Part shown: positions 36,814 to 46,994 of the stretch, one piece after another
Layout: each line of letters begins with the position of its first letter
Position numbering within the stretch: position 1 is the first letter of the stretch
Assembly: GCA_037969415.1 (NCBI GenBank)
Contig: JBBKXI010000212.1
Span: 1-62,718 of the forward strand
Length of the DNA stretch: 62,718 bases
Source of the DNA: Acidimicrobiia bacterium
GTDB lineage: Bacteria; Actinomycetota; Acidimicrobiia; Spongiisociales; ZC4RG35
Direction: 5' to 3'
Notes under the pieces: model-generated
What the model saw: the letters and a program-made list of their open reading frames with translations, nothing else
The model's database searches: none
Told to the model about the DNA's origin: nothing
Program-made: the position numbers and the translations under genes

Positions 36814-38769
36814 CTAACCCCCCGGCGTCGTCGTGGGCGGTGTGGTTGGCGGCGCCGTGGTTGGCGGCGCTGTGGTTGGTGGGGGTTCGAACTTGCCTAG
36901 GGTCACTGTGACTACGTCTCCGGGGAATAGTGTCGTCCCCTGGGTGGGGAATTGGGAAACTACCTTGCCGTCCTGGGCCGGGTCGACAACAGGTTGTGTC
37001 GCACTCGACGTTGCCATGACCAGGCCGAGTTGCTCCAAGGCAGACTTCGCCTGAGCGGAGGTCAGCCCGGTGAGATTGGGCACCTGCACCGGCCGCGGGC
37101 CCTGGGAGACGACGATGAGAACTGTCTCTCCGGTCTCGGCCTCAGTACCAGCCGCTGGATCGGAACTGATCACGAAGCCGTTGGGAACTTCGCTCGAGAA
37201 CTCATCATTGACAGTGACCAAAAGCCCCAGGTCGCGCAACGCCGCGGTGGCGTCGCGTTCGGACATATCGACGACGTCAGGGATGATCACGATCTCCGGG
37301 CCGGTAGATACCACCAGGTTGATTGGTGTTCCCGCGCCCACCGCGACTCCCTGGCCAGGGTTTTGCTCAATGACGACACCGGCGGCACGTTCAGCGTCAG
37401 GCTGTTCTGTGATGGTTCCCACTTCCAAATTGGCCGACTCGATGAGAATCCTGGCGTTCTCCAGGGTTTGGCCGACCAGCGGAGGTACCTGCACTTCCTC
37501 TAACCCCGTGGAGACAATCACGTCGACGAGCGAACCCTCCTCGGCCTCGAACCCGGGGAGAGGGTTGGTCCGAATAACAAGACCCACTTCGACTTCAGCG
37601 GATGGCTCCGGGATCACGTTCACTCTGAATCCATCTAGCTGGAGCCGATCGAGAGCCTCCTGTTGTGTCTGTCCGATGACATTGGGGATTTCGATCAACT
37701 CGCCCTCGCCGTTGTTGCCATTGGCGCTCTGAAAGAGAATGAAGAACAGCACGACGAGGGTGATCAGGAGGCCGAAAGCGGTGAGAATGAACGGCAACTG
37801 TGATCGAGGCTCCTCCTCAATCTGCCGGTAGACCTCATCAGGCGGCACTGTTGCCGGAGGGGCTGCGGTCATCACCCTCGTAGCGTCGCTACCTGCGGCG
37901 ACCGCGGCACCGGCGGCGACCGGAACGATGGCGGCGCCAACCGCTTCCCCGCGGAGAACACTGAGAAGATCGGACCGCATTTCGTCGGCTGTCTGATAAC
38001 GCCCTGCCGGGTCTTTGCGCATCGCCTTGGTGACTACGTTGCTCAGGGATTCGCCGATATCCGAGTTGAGCGACGCAGCGAGTGGCGCCTCCGTGGACAC
38101 GTGTTGGAACGCTACCGACATCGGAGAATCTCCGGTGAACGGGGGACGTCCGGTGAGCATTTCGTACAGCACGACGCCCAGCGAGTAGATGTCCGAGCGG
38201 GCATCGGCCGGGTGGCCCTGAGCCTGCTCCGGGCTGAAGTAGGTTGCCGTACCGATAACGGCGCCCGTCCGGGTGAGTTCCTGGCTGTCATCCCATGCCC
38301 GGGCAATTCCAAAGTCAGTGACTTTCACCGTGCCATCTTTGGCGAGGAGGATGTTTCCAGGTTTCACGTCGCGATGGACCAGACCAGCCTGGTGTGCCAC
38401 AGATAGGGCGGCTGCCGTCTCGGCTGCAATCTCGTTCGCCCGGCGCGGGAGCAGTGCGCCTTCGGACTTCAGGACATCCCGCAGTGACCTTCCGTCGATC
38501 AATTCCATAACAATGAAATAGGTGCCTTCGGCCTGGCCCCAGTCGTAGATTCCGACGATGTTGGGATGACTCAGATTGGCAGCGGCCTGAGCTTCTCGGC
38601 GGAACCGTTTGACAAAAGCTTCGTCTGCGGAGAACTGTGAGTGGAGCACTTTGATGGCAACGCGGCGGTTGAGGAGAGTGTCCTGGCCCTCATACACGTC
38701 GGCCATTCCACCCCTGGCGAGGTGGGACGTGACGTGGTATCTCTCGGTTAGTGCTTTGGGCGTATCCAT
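36814..38769 (-). CDS. pknB: Ser/Thr protein kinase PknB with four PASTA domains
   Basis: Kinase motifs GGMADVY, VAIK, HRDVKPGNIL, DFG, with one TM and 4 PASTA repeats. Pro/Thr-rich C-terminal tail. Start set to the ATG at 38769 (MDTPKALTERYHV); the track ORF extends to 38985. Confidence 0.9.
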   Translation of the reverse strand: MDTPKALTERYHVTSHLARGGMADVYEGQDTLLNRRVAIKVLHSQFSADEAFVKRFRREAQAAANLSHPNIVGIYDWGQAEGTYFIVMELIDGRSLRDVLKSEGALLPRRANEIAAETAAALSVAHQAGLVHRDVKPGNILLAKDGTVKVTDFGIARAWDDSQELTRTGAVIGTATYFSPEQAQGHPADARSDIYSLGVVLYEMLTGRPPFTGDSPMSVAFQHVSTEAPLAASLNSDIGESLSNVVTKAMRKDPAGRYQTADEMRSDLLSVLRGEAVGAAIVPVAAGAAVAAGSDATRVMTAAPPATVPPDEVYRQIEEEPRSQLPFILTAFGLLITLVVLFFILFQSANGNNGEGELIEIPNVIGQTQQEALDRLQLDGFRVNVIPEPSAEVEVGLVIRTNPLPGFEAEEGSLVDVIVSTGLEEVQVPPLVGQTLENARILIESANLEVGTITEQPDAERAAGVVIEQNPGQGVAVGAGTPINLVVSTGPEIVIIPDVVDMSERDATAALRDLGLLVTVNDEFSSEVPNGFVISSDPAAGTEAETGETVLIVVSQGPRPVQVPNLTGLTSAQAKSALEQLGLVMATSSATQPVVDPAQDGKVVSQFPTQGTTLFPGDVVTVTLGKFEPPPTTAPPTTAPPTTPPTTTPGG

Positions 38770-38806
38770 TAGCGAATCCCGAAGTCTAGGAACGACTGGG
38801 GCCAAT

Positions 38807-40264
38807 TCATTGTTCACCCTGAAGCCAGAGTTGGAAAAGGTCGGCGGCGATGGGTGCCGCCAGTCCTCCTCCGGTGGCCGATTCACCCAACTCAGGGCTG
38901 CCCTCGAGGAACACGGCGAGTGCAATGGTCGGGTTTTCCACTGGCGCAAACCCGATGAACCACGGATTGGGGAATTCGCCAGCATCTTGAGATGTGCCCG
39001 TTTTCCCGGCGACTCTGATTCCGGGGACTGCGGCGCTACGGCCCGTCCCTTCCGTTACCACTCTCTCCATCATCTGCCCGACGATCGACGCCGTTGTAGA
39101 CGTCATTGCAGCGCCCAACGACAAGGGTTGGAACGACTCGATGGTGATGCCATCGGCGTCGAAGATCCGGGATACCAGATAGGGGGAGAAAACTTCGCCG
39201 CCGTTGGCGACTGCTGCTGCGACCATCGCCATATGTAACGGCGTGGCACGTACATCTCGTTCCCCGATTCCGCTCTGGCCAAGGGCTGCCGGGTCGTTTT
39301 CCAGTGCGTTTGTTGGGAAAATCGCCTGTGGGATTGTCCAATAGAAGTTGAGATCGGTGTTGAATCCGAGGGCATCGGCGGTAATTCCCAGGTCGATGGC
39401 ACCAACCTGTATTGCAAGGTCGGCAAAGGTGGTGTTGCAGGAAACTACAAATGCCCGTAGCAAAGTGATGGAGACACCGTCATTGCAATCTCCACCGCTG
39501 AAGTTGGAGATCGTTGCCGTAGATCCGGGAAGCTCGAACTCAACAGGGTCGGGAAACTCGGTTTCGGGGCCAGCCGTTCCGGTGTCAATCGCGGCGGCGG
39601 AGACCACGGTTTTGAACGTCGAGCCGGGTGCGAACAGTTCACGGGTCGCCCGGTCGCTCAGCGGCGATAGGGGGTCGACTAGGAGTTCGTTCCACACTGC
39701 GTCGGCATCATCCCCGGTCAGCGGTTCGGGGTTGTACGAGGGTGATGAGACCGAAGTCAGGATCGCTCCAGTTCGGGGGTCGAGAGCGACCACCGCCCCA
39801 CGCCTACCGGCGAGTGCTGCATAGGCGGCCGCCTGAAGGTCGGCATCGAGGGTGACTTCAATGCTTCGGGGGCGAAGATCGCGTCCCAGGATGACGGCGA
39901 CGAGATCGCTAATGGTGAGGTCGCGCCGGGAACGGAGGTCGTCGCTGAAGGCCGCCTCCAGATTGGTGTTTCCCAGAATGAAAGAAGAGTATCCGACTGT
40001 ATGGGCGAACAGCTGCCCCCCGGGATAGGTACGGATAAAATTGCGGGGATCGTCGGGATCCGCCACCGACTCGGCGAGAATGTCGCCCTCGGCGGTGACA
40101 ATCAGGCCACGCTCCTTGCCTCGTTCGCTGAGGGCTGGCCTGGCGTTTCTCGGGTCGTTCTTGAGGTCGTCGGCCCGGACAACCTGATACCAGGTGACGG
40201 CACCGAGCAAAGCGAATATCGCGGTAAACATTCCGAACGCCAAACGACGGATGGGGCCGTTCAT
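38807..40264 (-). CDS. pbpA: Penicillin-binding protein A (class B D,D-transpeptidase)
   Basis: SxxK context (PGSTFK), SxN and KTG(T) (AGKTGTS). Start set to the ATG at 40264 (MNGPIRRLAFGMF, TM anchor), which overlaps the rodA stop (ATGA). Confidence 0.9.
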   Translation of the reverse strand: MNGPIRRLAFGMFTAIFALLGAVTWYQVVRADDLKNDPRNARPALSERGKERGLIVTAEGDILAESVADPDDPRNFIRTYPGGQLFAHTVGYSSFILGNTNLEAAFSDDLRSRRDLTISDLVAVILGRDLRPRSIEVTLDADLQAAAYAALAGRRGAVVALDPRTGAILTSVSSPSYNPEPLTGDDADAVWNELLVDPLSPLSDRATRELFAPGSTFKTVVSAAAIDTGTAGPETEFPDPVEFELPGSTATISNFSGGDCNDGVSITLLRAFVVSCNTTFADLAIQVGAIDLGITADALGFNTDLNFYWTIPQAIFPTNALENDPAALGQSGIGERDVRATPLHMAMVAAAVANGGEVFSPYLVSRIFDADGITIESFQPLSLGAAMTSTTASIVGQMMERVVTEGTGRSAAVPGIRVAGKTGTSQDAGEFPNPWFIGFAPVENPTIALAVFLEGSPELGESATGGGLAAPIAADLFQLWLQGEQ

Positions 40265-41556
40265 TTCGCTTCCTCGTGGCTGATACGAAGCAGGAGGGCG
40301 ACCAACACGAGATTTCCTACCAGCGCCGACCCGCCGTAAGACATAAACGGCAGGGTGATTCCGGTGAGGGGAACCAGGCGGAGAACTCCGCCGATAATTA
40401 GAAATGTCTGGACTCCAAGGACAAAGCTGAGCCCCGCGGCGAGCAGCTTGCGGAACGTATCCCTGCTTCTGAATGCGATTCCAAGTCCGACCGCGATGAC
40501 AAGGGCGTAGAGAGCGAGTACGGCGATGGTCCCGGCGAACCCCAATTCCTCCCCCACAGCGGCGAAGATGAAGTCTGTTTCTGCGTTGGGCATGAGGTCT
40601 GGACGCCCCAGACCAGGCCCGGCGCCGGTCAGCGAGCCACTCCCGAGAGCAAACAGGCCCTGAGAAATTTGATAGCCGGCGTCTTCGAAGTGCTCGAACG
40701 GTTGCAGCCAACCGGCGACCCTGCGCTGCACATGGTCAAAGGCGTAGTAGCCGGCGACTCCGGCAAGCAGGGTCAGAAACCCTCCGGTGACCAGGTAACC
40801 AGTGGCACCCGTGGTGGCGTAGAGCAGTAGAACGAAGCTGGCAAAAAGGAGCAGCGAAGCCCCGAGGTCGCGTTGGGAGATCAGTATCAAGACGCTGAGT
40901 GCCCAGGTAATCAGAAGGGGGACCAGTTGGCGTGGTTCGGGGAACTGAAATGGCCCGACCCGGCGGTGGGCTTGGCGGAGGGCATGTTGGTGGTCGGCGA
41001 GATACGCAGCCACGAAGATAACCAAGCCGAGCTTGGCCAATTCGGCTGGCTGGAATTGAAGTGAAGTGATTTCGATATCCAGGACGATCCAAAGCCGTGA
41101 CCCGTTTACTTCCAGGCCACGGAGCGGAAACGCCCAGTCCTGGGGGAGGTTGGGAAGGAGGAGAAGGATCATCGAGACCAACAGAATTGTGTAGCGGTAG
41201 CGACGGAGGACTTCAGTAGTCCCCTTGCTTAGCAACCAGAGCACGATTGCTGCTGCCGCGGCACCGATCAGAAGCCACCAACGCTGCAAGCTTGCCCGAG
41301 CCGGGTCGAGCCGATAGATCTCGAGGAATCCAATGGCTGCGAGAGCGGCCACCGGGGCAATGAGCAACGAACTCGAACGCGGAGCCCAGGCCCGCGCTGC
41401 CAGATAGATGCCGCCAAATGCGATGGCGAAAATAAGAAAAGTCAGCCCGCTCTGGGCATCAAGGGTGCCTGAATTGGCCAGGTTGACCAACGTCACTCCG
41501 AAAGCCGCAAGTACCGAGGCGGCGATGATCGTCGCTCCCTCGGTCTGTCGGGTCAT
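40261..41556 (-). CDS. rodA: FtsW/RodA/SpoVE-family (SEDS) peptidoglycan polymerase
   Basis: 431 aa, polytopic, with SEDS motifs ...NAETDFIFAAVGEELG... and PLTGITLPFMSYGGS. Confidence 0.9.
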   Translation of the reverse strand: MTRQTEGATIIAASVLAAFGVTLVNLANSGTLDAQSGLTFLIFAIAFGGIYLAARAWAPRSSSLLIAPVAALAAIGFLEIYRLDPARASLQRWWLLIGAAAAAIVLWLLSKGTTEVLRRYRYTILLVSMILLLLPNLPQDWAFPLRGLEVNGSRLWIVLDIEITSLQFQPAELAKLGLVIFVAAYLADHQHALRQAHRRVGPFQFPEPRQLVPLLITWALSVLILISQRDLGASLLLFASFVLLLYATTGATGYLVTGGFLTLLAGVAGYYAFDHVQRRVAGWLQPFEHFEDAGYQISQGLFALGSGSLTGAGPGLGRPDLMPNAETDFIFAAVGEELGFAGTIAVLALYALVIAVGLGIAFRSRDTFRKLLAAGLSFVLGVQTFLIIGGVLRLVPLTGITLPFMSYGGSALVGNLVLVALLLRISHEEAK

Positions 41557-41559
41557 CGA

Positions 41560-42273
41560 CTATCCGTCGAGGGCATCGGCGACAATCACCGTGATGTTGT
41601 CCTGGCCGCCGGCCTCATTCGCTTCTTCGACCAACTTCCAGGCGGCATCGCCGGCGGTCCCTTCTCCAAGGGCATCTCGAATCTTCTCGTCGTCAATCAT
41701 CGAGTTGAGTCCGTCGGAACAAATCAGAATTCGATCGCCCGGTTCGAGGTCGATAATCATCTCGTCGACGTTGACGAATCGGGTCAGACCGAGGCAACGT
41801 GTGATCATGTGTCGCTGCGGGTGATTCATCGCCTCTTCAACTGACAGCTTTCCTGAGGCCACGTACTCCGCCATGACCGTGTGATCTTGGGTCACCTGGC
41901 TCAATTCTCCACCGCGGAGCAGATAAGCGCGGCTATCGCCGACATGTGCAAAGTGGGCTATCCCGTCAGGACCTGTCAACTTGACCATGGTCATCGTGGT
42001 GCCCATGCCTTCTAGTTCGGGTTGGCGCCCGACTTCTTCCCGAATGGCCCGATTGCCAGCGGCCACCCGGTCTGCCGGATCCAGTTCTGAGCTGGCAGCA
42101 GCATTGACGGCTAATCGCGAGGCAACCTCACCGGCGACGTGGCCGCCCATACCGTCGGCCACCATCAGAGTGACCGTGCTAGATGTTTGCCCGTCATCGG
42201 TTGGGAAAAGCGAATCCTCGTTGATATCGCGCACCATTCCCTTGTGCGTGGCCGTAGCCCAGATGAATTTCAT
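41560..42273 (-). CDS. pstP: PP2C-family Ser/Thr phosphatase (PstP-like catalytic domain only)
   Basis: 237 aa with MVADGMGGHVAGEVAS and ILICSDGL...GGQDNITVIV. There is no TM or extracellular segment. Confidence 0.9.
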   Translation of the reverse strand: MKFIWATATHKGMVRDINEDSLFPTDDGQTSSTVTLMVADGMGGHVAGEVASRLAVNAAASSELDPADRVAAGNRAIREEVGRQPELEGMGTTMTMVKLTGPDGIAHFAHVGDSRAYLLRGGELSQVTQDHTVMAEYVASGKLSVEEAMNHPQRHMITRCLGLTRFVNVDEMIIDLEPGDRILICSDGLNSMIDDEKIRDALGEGTAGDAAWKLVEEANEAGGQDNITVIVADALDG

Positions 42274-42686
42274 CGAACTTCCATAACGGTCTTGCCCACC
42301 TGAACTGAGTCGCCGCGGCGAAGCGTGGTTGGAGCCGTGACTCTCCTCCCGTTTACGTATGTACCGTTGGTGCTCCCCAGGTCATGGAGCACCAGGCCGG
42401 TGTCTTGGGCAACTAAGCGCATATGGAATTCAGAAGCGTAGGGGTCGTCGAGCAATACGTCCGCATCCTTTGATCGTCCCATTACGAGTGAGTCGTTGAC
42501 CTCGACCTCCATGCCCTGCTGGGTCTCGGATCTGACCATCAACAAGCTCGACCCTTGCTTTCTTTCTCGTTTCAATGATATCCCGAGGTGGCTACCAATT
42601 GCACGGGCCACCTGCCATACGAACAGGTAGACCAATCCGAGAAAAATGATCCGGAGGAGAGCAAGGATGATGTCAGGCATCGACAA
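42270..42686 (-). CDS. fhaB: FHA-domain membrane protein FhaB/FipA-like
   Basis: N-terminal TM plus a C-terminal FHA domain (GRSKDADVLLDD...STNGTYVNG). Confidence 0.85.
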   Translation of the reverse strand: MSMPDIILALLRIIFLGLVYLFVWQVARAIGSHLGISLKRERKQGSSLLMVRSETQQGMEVEVNDSLVMGRSKDADVLLDDPYASEFHMRLVAQDTGLVLHDLGSTNGTYVNGRRVTAPTTLRRGDSVQVGKTVMEVR

Positions 42687-43332
42687 TCTCCGTAAAGCGA
42701 AACTGGTGCTCGCTCAACTGAATGCTGCTACCTGAATTAATAGCCCGGGGTTCTGATCCCAAGGGAATGCCATCAACTGAGGTGCCGTTGGAGGAGCCCA
42801 GGTCTTTGACCCAGGTCGAGCCTTCGGATCGCCATATCAGTGCATGGTCCCGGCTGACGTCGTCGAAAGGGAGCACGACGTCTGCCTCGGTGGTCCGACC
42901 GATAACTGCCCGATTGGGTCGGATTTGGTAAGTGCCGTCAGTCCCGGTGAGCCTCGCCCAGGGCCTCTCCTCGCCGGGCACTATCTCCAGATGACAAAGA
43001 AATTGGCCGGGGACGACGGTTTCGTCGATCTTGATGGTGACATGCGGCGGCCCCACCAGACGGAGTCCCGTTTCGACGATGTAATCAGCGAAGCTGTCGG
43101 TCAACGAGGTCGCCAGTTCCGGTGTCGCGTCGCTCAGGTCTTTCGGGTGGAAAGTAAGTGTGATGTAGTTCGCAGTCGCCGGCCCCGAGGCATGGTCAAA
43201 CCGGGCGAGGTCGGCTTCGCGGGACACGCGGGTGGCGATCTCGGAAGGATGGAGCCTCCCCGAAAAGACACGGCCGAAGACACCTTCCAGGAGGCGCTCC
43301 AGTCTTCTCTCCAGCCCGCGGGCCACATTCAT
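42673..43332 (-). CDS. fhaA: FhaA-like protein (DUF3662 N-terminal domain + FHA)
   Basis: MNVARGLERRLERLLEGVFGRVFSG... plus a C-terminal FHA domain (GRTTEADVVLPFDDVSRDHA...SSNGTSVDG). Start set to the ATG at 43332. Confidence 0.85.
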   Translation of the reverse strand: MNVARGLERRLERLLEGVFGRVFSGRLHPSEIATRVSREADLARFDHASGPATANYITLTFHPKDLSDATPELATSLTDSFADYIVETGLRLVGPPHVTIKIDETVVPGQFLCHLEIVPGEERPWARLTGTDGTYQIRPNRAVIGRTTEADVVLPFDDVSRDHALIWRSEGSTWVKDLGSSNGTSVDGIPLGSEPRAINSGSSIQLSEHQFRFTEIVDA

Positions 43333-43414
43333 CGTCGTCAGGTTACGGCTCTTTGCGCATACAACGTCAACTACCGCAACGGGTTTGCCGACGGTAATCT
43401 TCAATTCTCACCAC

Positions 43415-43498
<84 letters not shown>

Positions 43499-43542
43499 CC
43501 GGGGCTGGCTGAGGCGTTTGCGTTCTACGAACGTGGCTCGCT

Positions 43543-43893
43543 TTAGCTGCCGAGGCTTGCGAGTCGCACCTTCACCAGTTCGCGTACCAGGTTCTCATCC
43601 AATGGCTGATCGACGGGAAAACGCAGAGTCCCCTTGGACCAGTCGTAATTGGCCAGTTTGTCTGGATCGATCTCGCTCAGAACAGACCCGGAATGGGGTA
43701 AGTAGCTGCAGTGGTTTTTGGCGTAGGAATATCCAGCCACGGCCTTCCCCCCGACTAAGACGGCCGGAACACCGTAAGCGATGCCCTCCTCGCCCTCAGG
43801 CAAAATCTTTAACAACATCGTTCGTACGGCTCTAAGTGTCGTCTTTTGTGGCTCGGGGGATGAATCCAAATAGTCATCGACAGTCATTTTCAT
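43543..43893 (-). CDS. DUF1801 (YdhG-like) domain protein
   Basis: 116 aa with DDYLDS.PEPQKTTLRAVRTMLLKILP...YGVPA..VGGK typical of the family. Confidence 0.7.
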   Translation of the reverse strand: MKMTVDDYLDSSPEPQKTTLRAVRTMLLKILPEGEEGIAYGVPAVLVGGKAVAGYSYAKNHCSYLPHSGSVLSEIDPDKLANYDWSKGTLRFPVDQPLDENLVRELVKVRLASLGS

Positions 43894-43949
43894 GGACCTG
43901 CTGATCGCGCTCGCCAGTTCGTTTCGTATCGTATCTCCACAGGGGCCGG

Positions 43950-45614
43950 TCAGGATTTACCGACACGGAGGTCTCGTTTCTGGAACAGTGGGATCGAAGC
44001 GATCACCAGGATCACAAAAGACCCTGCCAATAGAGCGGCGCCGGTCCAGTCCATCCCGTTTAGTAGCGGATCGCTCCCCAGATACCAGTGGAACGGTGAG
44101 AGGCTGGCGATCGGCTCGAACGTCTCCGAAAGCGGAAAGAAGGAGAACATGAACCAGGTAACGAGGGCAATGCCTGTCGTCACCATTGTGGCCACTCCTC
44201 GCTTGCCGGTGGCGGCGCCGAATAGCAGTGCGATTCCCCCATAAACCAACCCGAAGAGAGTTAGAAGCAGCGATATGGAGGCGATTCCTTCGACACCGAC
44301 TTCATCCAGTCCGCCAATCCGGACCCCGATCCAAGTCGCTGAGAAGGTCACGACACCGAAGAGCACTGCCCAGGCGACCATGGCCTGCACCTTCTCCAAG
44401 ATCAAGCTGGATCGGCTGATTGGGTTGGACATGAGGAGATCCATCGTGTGATTCTCTTCCTCGCCTGCCAGCGCCCTCGATCCTATGGTGGTAGCAAGGA
44501 CAATGATGGCGATCGGGCCGACCAGCGAGAACACTTCGCCGGTGAGAAATCCTGTCGGGGTACCCATGTCGACACCACCGATCATCGCGACAAGTGCGTC
44601 GGGGAACGAAGCAAAGATGTTGATGAAGTCTTCGGGTATGAAGTTGTAGAGAGGTGGAATCAGCACTCCCATATAGAACATGATCGCTGCGGTAATCGTG
44701 AACAGTCCCTGATACTCGGAGAAGGTCTTGACCGAGATCTGGGACACCCGGGTCGAACCAGCGATTCTCTCCATCACCTTGCTGGTCATCGGGTTCGCCC
44801 GAAGACGGTCGAGAAGCGTCACATTGGTGCCCTTGTCCTTGAGGTCCCGTCGTGCAATTCCCACGTAGGCAAATCCAAATGCCACTATCGACAGTCCGGC
44901 TAGAACCGCAATATCGCTCCAGTCCAGACCGTTGTTGATCGGTGAGCTAGAGCTGTAGTAATACCAGGGAAAGATCCGCGCCAACCACTCGAGGTCGGCC
45001 AGAGGCAGCAACGTTGCAGCCAGATAGCCGACGATCATCAATCCTGCCGAAGCACCCGACGCCGCGCCCCGATTTCCGCTCCAGGAACCGATAGCCAGAG
45101 CTAGAAGTCCGTAAAACAGACTATTCAGGAACAACGCGAGTGTGATTGAACCGATGAATAGGCCGTCGGTCGGCACATCGAGGACGGCGGCGGACCCGAC
45201 TCCCGCTCCCCACAGCAATAGTGTCATGACCCCGATAACCAAAGACATCGAGGATGCTTTAGAGATCAAAACTTGCCTGCGACTTATCGGGTTCCCCAAT
45301 AAGAAGCCAAAGGTTCCTTCCTGCTCCTCACCGGCGATGGCGGAGGCCCCGAAGCTGATCGCGAGACCGCCGAGCACCAACGCGCCCATGAGGTTGTAGA
45401 TCGCCCCGAACGCAATGCCGCCTGCGCCGCTTCCCTCGGGATTTATTCCGACCAGTTCGAGTACGGCGGCTGGTAGTTCGTAGTAGAACGAAGTATCTAC
45501 TCCCGCATAAACCCACATTGAGAAGAAGAGAAGTGCTCCGACGGTGACAGCGCCAAGCAAACCGGCCGGAATTCGGTCCCGGATGTTCTTGGTGAACACA
45601 TTGGCGAGCATCAT
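43950..45614 (-). CDS. ABC-2-type transporter permease (duplicated 6-TM organisation)
   Basis: 554 aa and about 12 TM. It directly follows the ATPase, with a 1-nt overlap. Confidence 0.75.
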   Translation of the reverse strand: MMLANVFTKNIRDRIPAGLLGAVTVGALLFFSMWVYAGVDTSFYYELPAAVLELVGINPEGSGAGGIAFGAIYNLMGALVLGGLAISFGASAIAGEEQEGTFGFLLGNPISRRQVLISKASSMSLVIGVMTLLLWGAGVGSAAVLDVPTDGLFIGSITLALFLNSLFYGLLALAIGSWSGNRGAASGASAGLMIVGYLAATLLPLADLEWLARIFPWYYYSSSSPINNGLDWSDIAVLAGLSIVAFGFAYVGIARRDLKDKGTNVTLLDRLRANPMTSKVMERIAGSTRVSQISVKTFSEYQGLFTITAAIMFYMGVLIPPLYNFIPEDFINIFASFPDALVAMIGGVDMGTPTGFLTGEVFSLVGPIAIIVLATTIGSRALAGEEENHTMDLLMSNPISRSSLILEKVQAMVAWAVLFGVVTFSATWIGVRIGGLDEVGVEGIASISLLLTLFGLVYGGIALLFGAATGKRGVATMVTTGIALVTWFMFSFFPLSETFEPIASLSPFHWYLGSDPLLNGMDWTGAALLAGSFVILVIASIPLFQKRDLRVGKS

Positions 45615-46576
45615 CAGACGGGTGACTCCTTGTCGGCCCGGTAGTACTGCAGGAAAATCTCTTCAAGGTCGGATTCCTGCGTGGTGATGTCGACCAAGGT
45701 GTATCGGTCGGTGGCTGCTCCGAGAAGAGCGTCCATGCTCCCGTCGAAAGACATGACGGCGTGATGGCTCGCCACCTCGACCTCGCGGACGCCGGGCACG
45801 GCCTCGAAGGTCGCTGCCTCGACCGGTCCGGTGAACTGGAGTTCAACCCTTCGCACCGCCTTGGAACGAAGGTCGTCGACGAACTCGACATCGACGAGAT
45901 GTCCATTTCGGATGATCCCGACTCGATCGGCGACCCTCTGCACTTCAGACAATGTATGGCTGGACAGGAACACGCAGCGGCCATCGGCGGCCGCCTCTCG
46001 CATCATCGCTTGAAACTCGCGCTGCACCAGGGGATCGAGGCCCGAACTGGGCTCGTCCATGATGATCACTTCAGGCTTGCTCATAAACGCCAGTATCAGA
46101 CCGACTTTTTGCTTGTTACCCGACGAGTAGTCGCCAATCTTCTTTGATAGATCCGCCTGCAACCTCTGGGATAGCGCGTCGACAAATCCCTTGTCCACCC
46201 CGCCGCGGAGGTTGGAAAAGTAGGTGATCATGTCCTGACCGGTGAGGTTGTTGTACATGGAGAGGTCAGATGGCAAGTAGCCGATGTGATTTCTGATCTC
46301 GACGGCGGCGGCATGAGAGTCGAGGCCGGCGACGGTGGCTCTTCCCGATGTAGGCCGGATCAGGTCCAACATCGTGCGGATTGCGGTGGTCTTCCCGGCA
46401 CCATTGGGCCCGAGAAAGCCGAATACTTCGCCCATCTTTACTTCAAGGTTCAAATCGGTCAGAGCCTCGACCTCGCCGTAGTGCTTGGTGAGACCCTCCG
46501 TTTTGATCGCTAAATCGCTCAATTCATCTCTTCTTTCTTCAAATGTTCCGACAAACGTTCCATCAGAGCCGCCCAT
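45614..46576 (-). CDS. ABC transporter ATP-binding protein
   Basis: Walker A GPNGAGKTT, signature YSSGNKQKV, Walker B IIMDEPSSGLD. The start is uncertain: the track start overlaps the upstream regulator by 58 nt, and a TTG overlapping that gene's TGA (near 46521) is an alternative. Confidence 0.9.
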   Translation of the reverse strand: MGGSDGTFVGTFEERRDELSDLAIKTEGLTKHYGEVEALTDLNLEVKMGEVFGFLGPNGAGKTTAIRTMLDLIRPTSGRATVAGLDSHAAAVEIRNHIGYLPSDLSMYNNLTGQDMITYFSNLRGGVDKGFVDALSQRLQADLSKKIGDYSSGNKQKVGLILAFMSKPEVIIMDEPSSGLDPLVQREFQAMMREAAADGRCVFLSSHTLSEVQRVADRVGIIRNGHLVDVEFVDDLRSKAVRRVELQFTGPVEAATFEAVPGVREVEVASHHAVMSFDGSMDALLGAATDRYTLVDITTQESDLEEIFLQYYRADKESPV

Positions 46577-46992
46577 TCGTTCCCAAAGAACTCGGCGACT
46601 GCCCCCAGCTCCGTAACGCGTTCAGGTCTGACGGTAGGAAGGAACCCCGCCGCCGCCTCCGAGAGCTTGCGCATCTCGACGATCCGATCCAGTTCCCCGT
46701 GGAGAACCTGGGACCAAACACGGTTGGGGAGCCGGTAATAGCTCGCTCGATCTCCACGGAACGTCACTCGCTCCACCACTCCAGCTTGTTCAAGCTGTCT
46801 GATCTGGATGGACACCGAGCCGGTGCTGACATCGAGAGCTTCGACTATTTCGCTCGAAGATTGATGGTCGGGTTCGCATATCATCAACCAGCCCAGGATC
46901 CGGCCGGCTGTCCTTGTTCCCGAGATGGATTCCCAGAACCGGCCCACCCTCTCCACAAACTCTGATTGATATTTGTCTGGTTTCACAAACAT
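46519..46992 (-). CDS. GbsR/MarR-type winged-helix transcriptional regulator
   Basis: 157 aa with RILGWLMICEPDHQSSSEIVEALDVSTGSVSIQIRQLEQAGVVERV. It is probably leaderless from the GTG at 46986, given the promoter geometry. Confidence 0.7.
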   Translation of the reverse strand: MFVKPDKYQSEFVERVGRFWESISGTRTAGRILGWLMICEPDHQSSSEIVEALDVSTGSVSIQIRQLEQAGVVERVTFRGDRASYYRLPNRVWSQVLHGELDRIVEMRKLSEAAAGFLPTVRPERVTELGAVAEFFGNEWAALMERLSEHLKKEEMN

Positions 46993-46994
46993 TC

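Noticed and set aside
36830-36880. 15-nt tandem repeat (GGTGGTTGGCGGCGC-like) as a possible CRISPR or VNTR
   Set aside because: It lies inside the pknB coding sequence and encodes the PPTTA low-complexity tail. There is no spacer structure.
38770-38985. N-terminal extensions of pknB (72 codons), pbpA (149 codons, to 40711), fhaA, the response regulator, znuA-like SBP and otsA given by the ORF track
   Set aside because: The extensions overlap upstream genes or lack homology-like sequence. Internal ATGs give canonical N-termini (kinase, TM anchor, receiver domain, lipoprotein signal) and 4-nt coupling overlaps.
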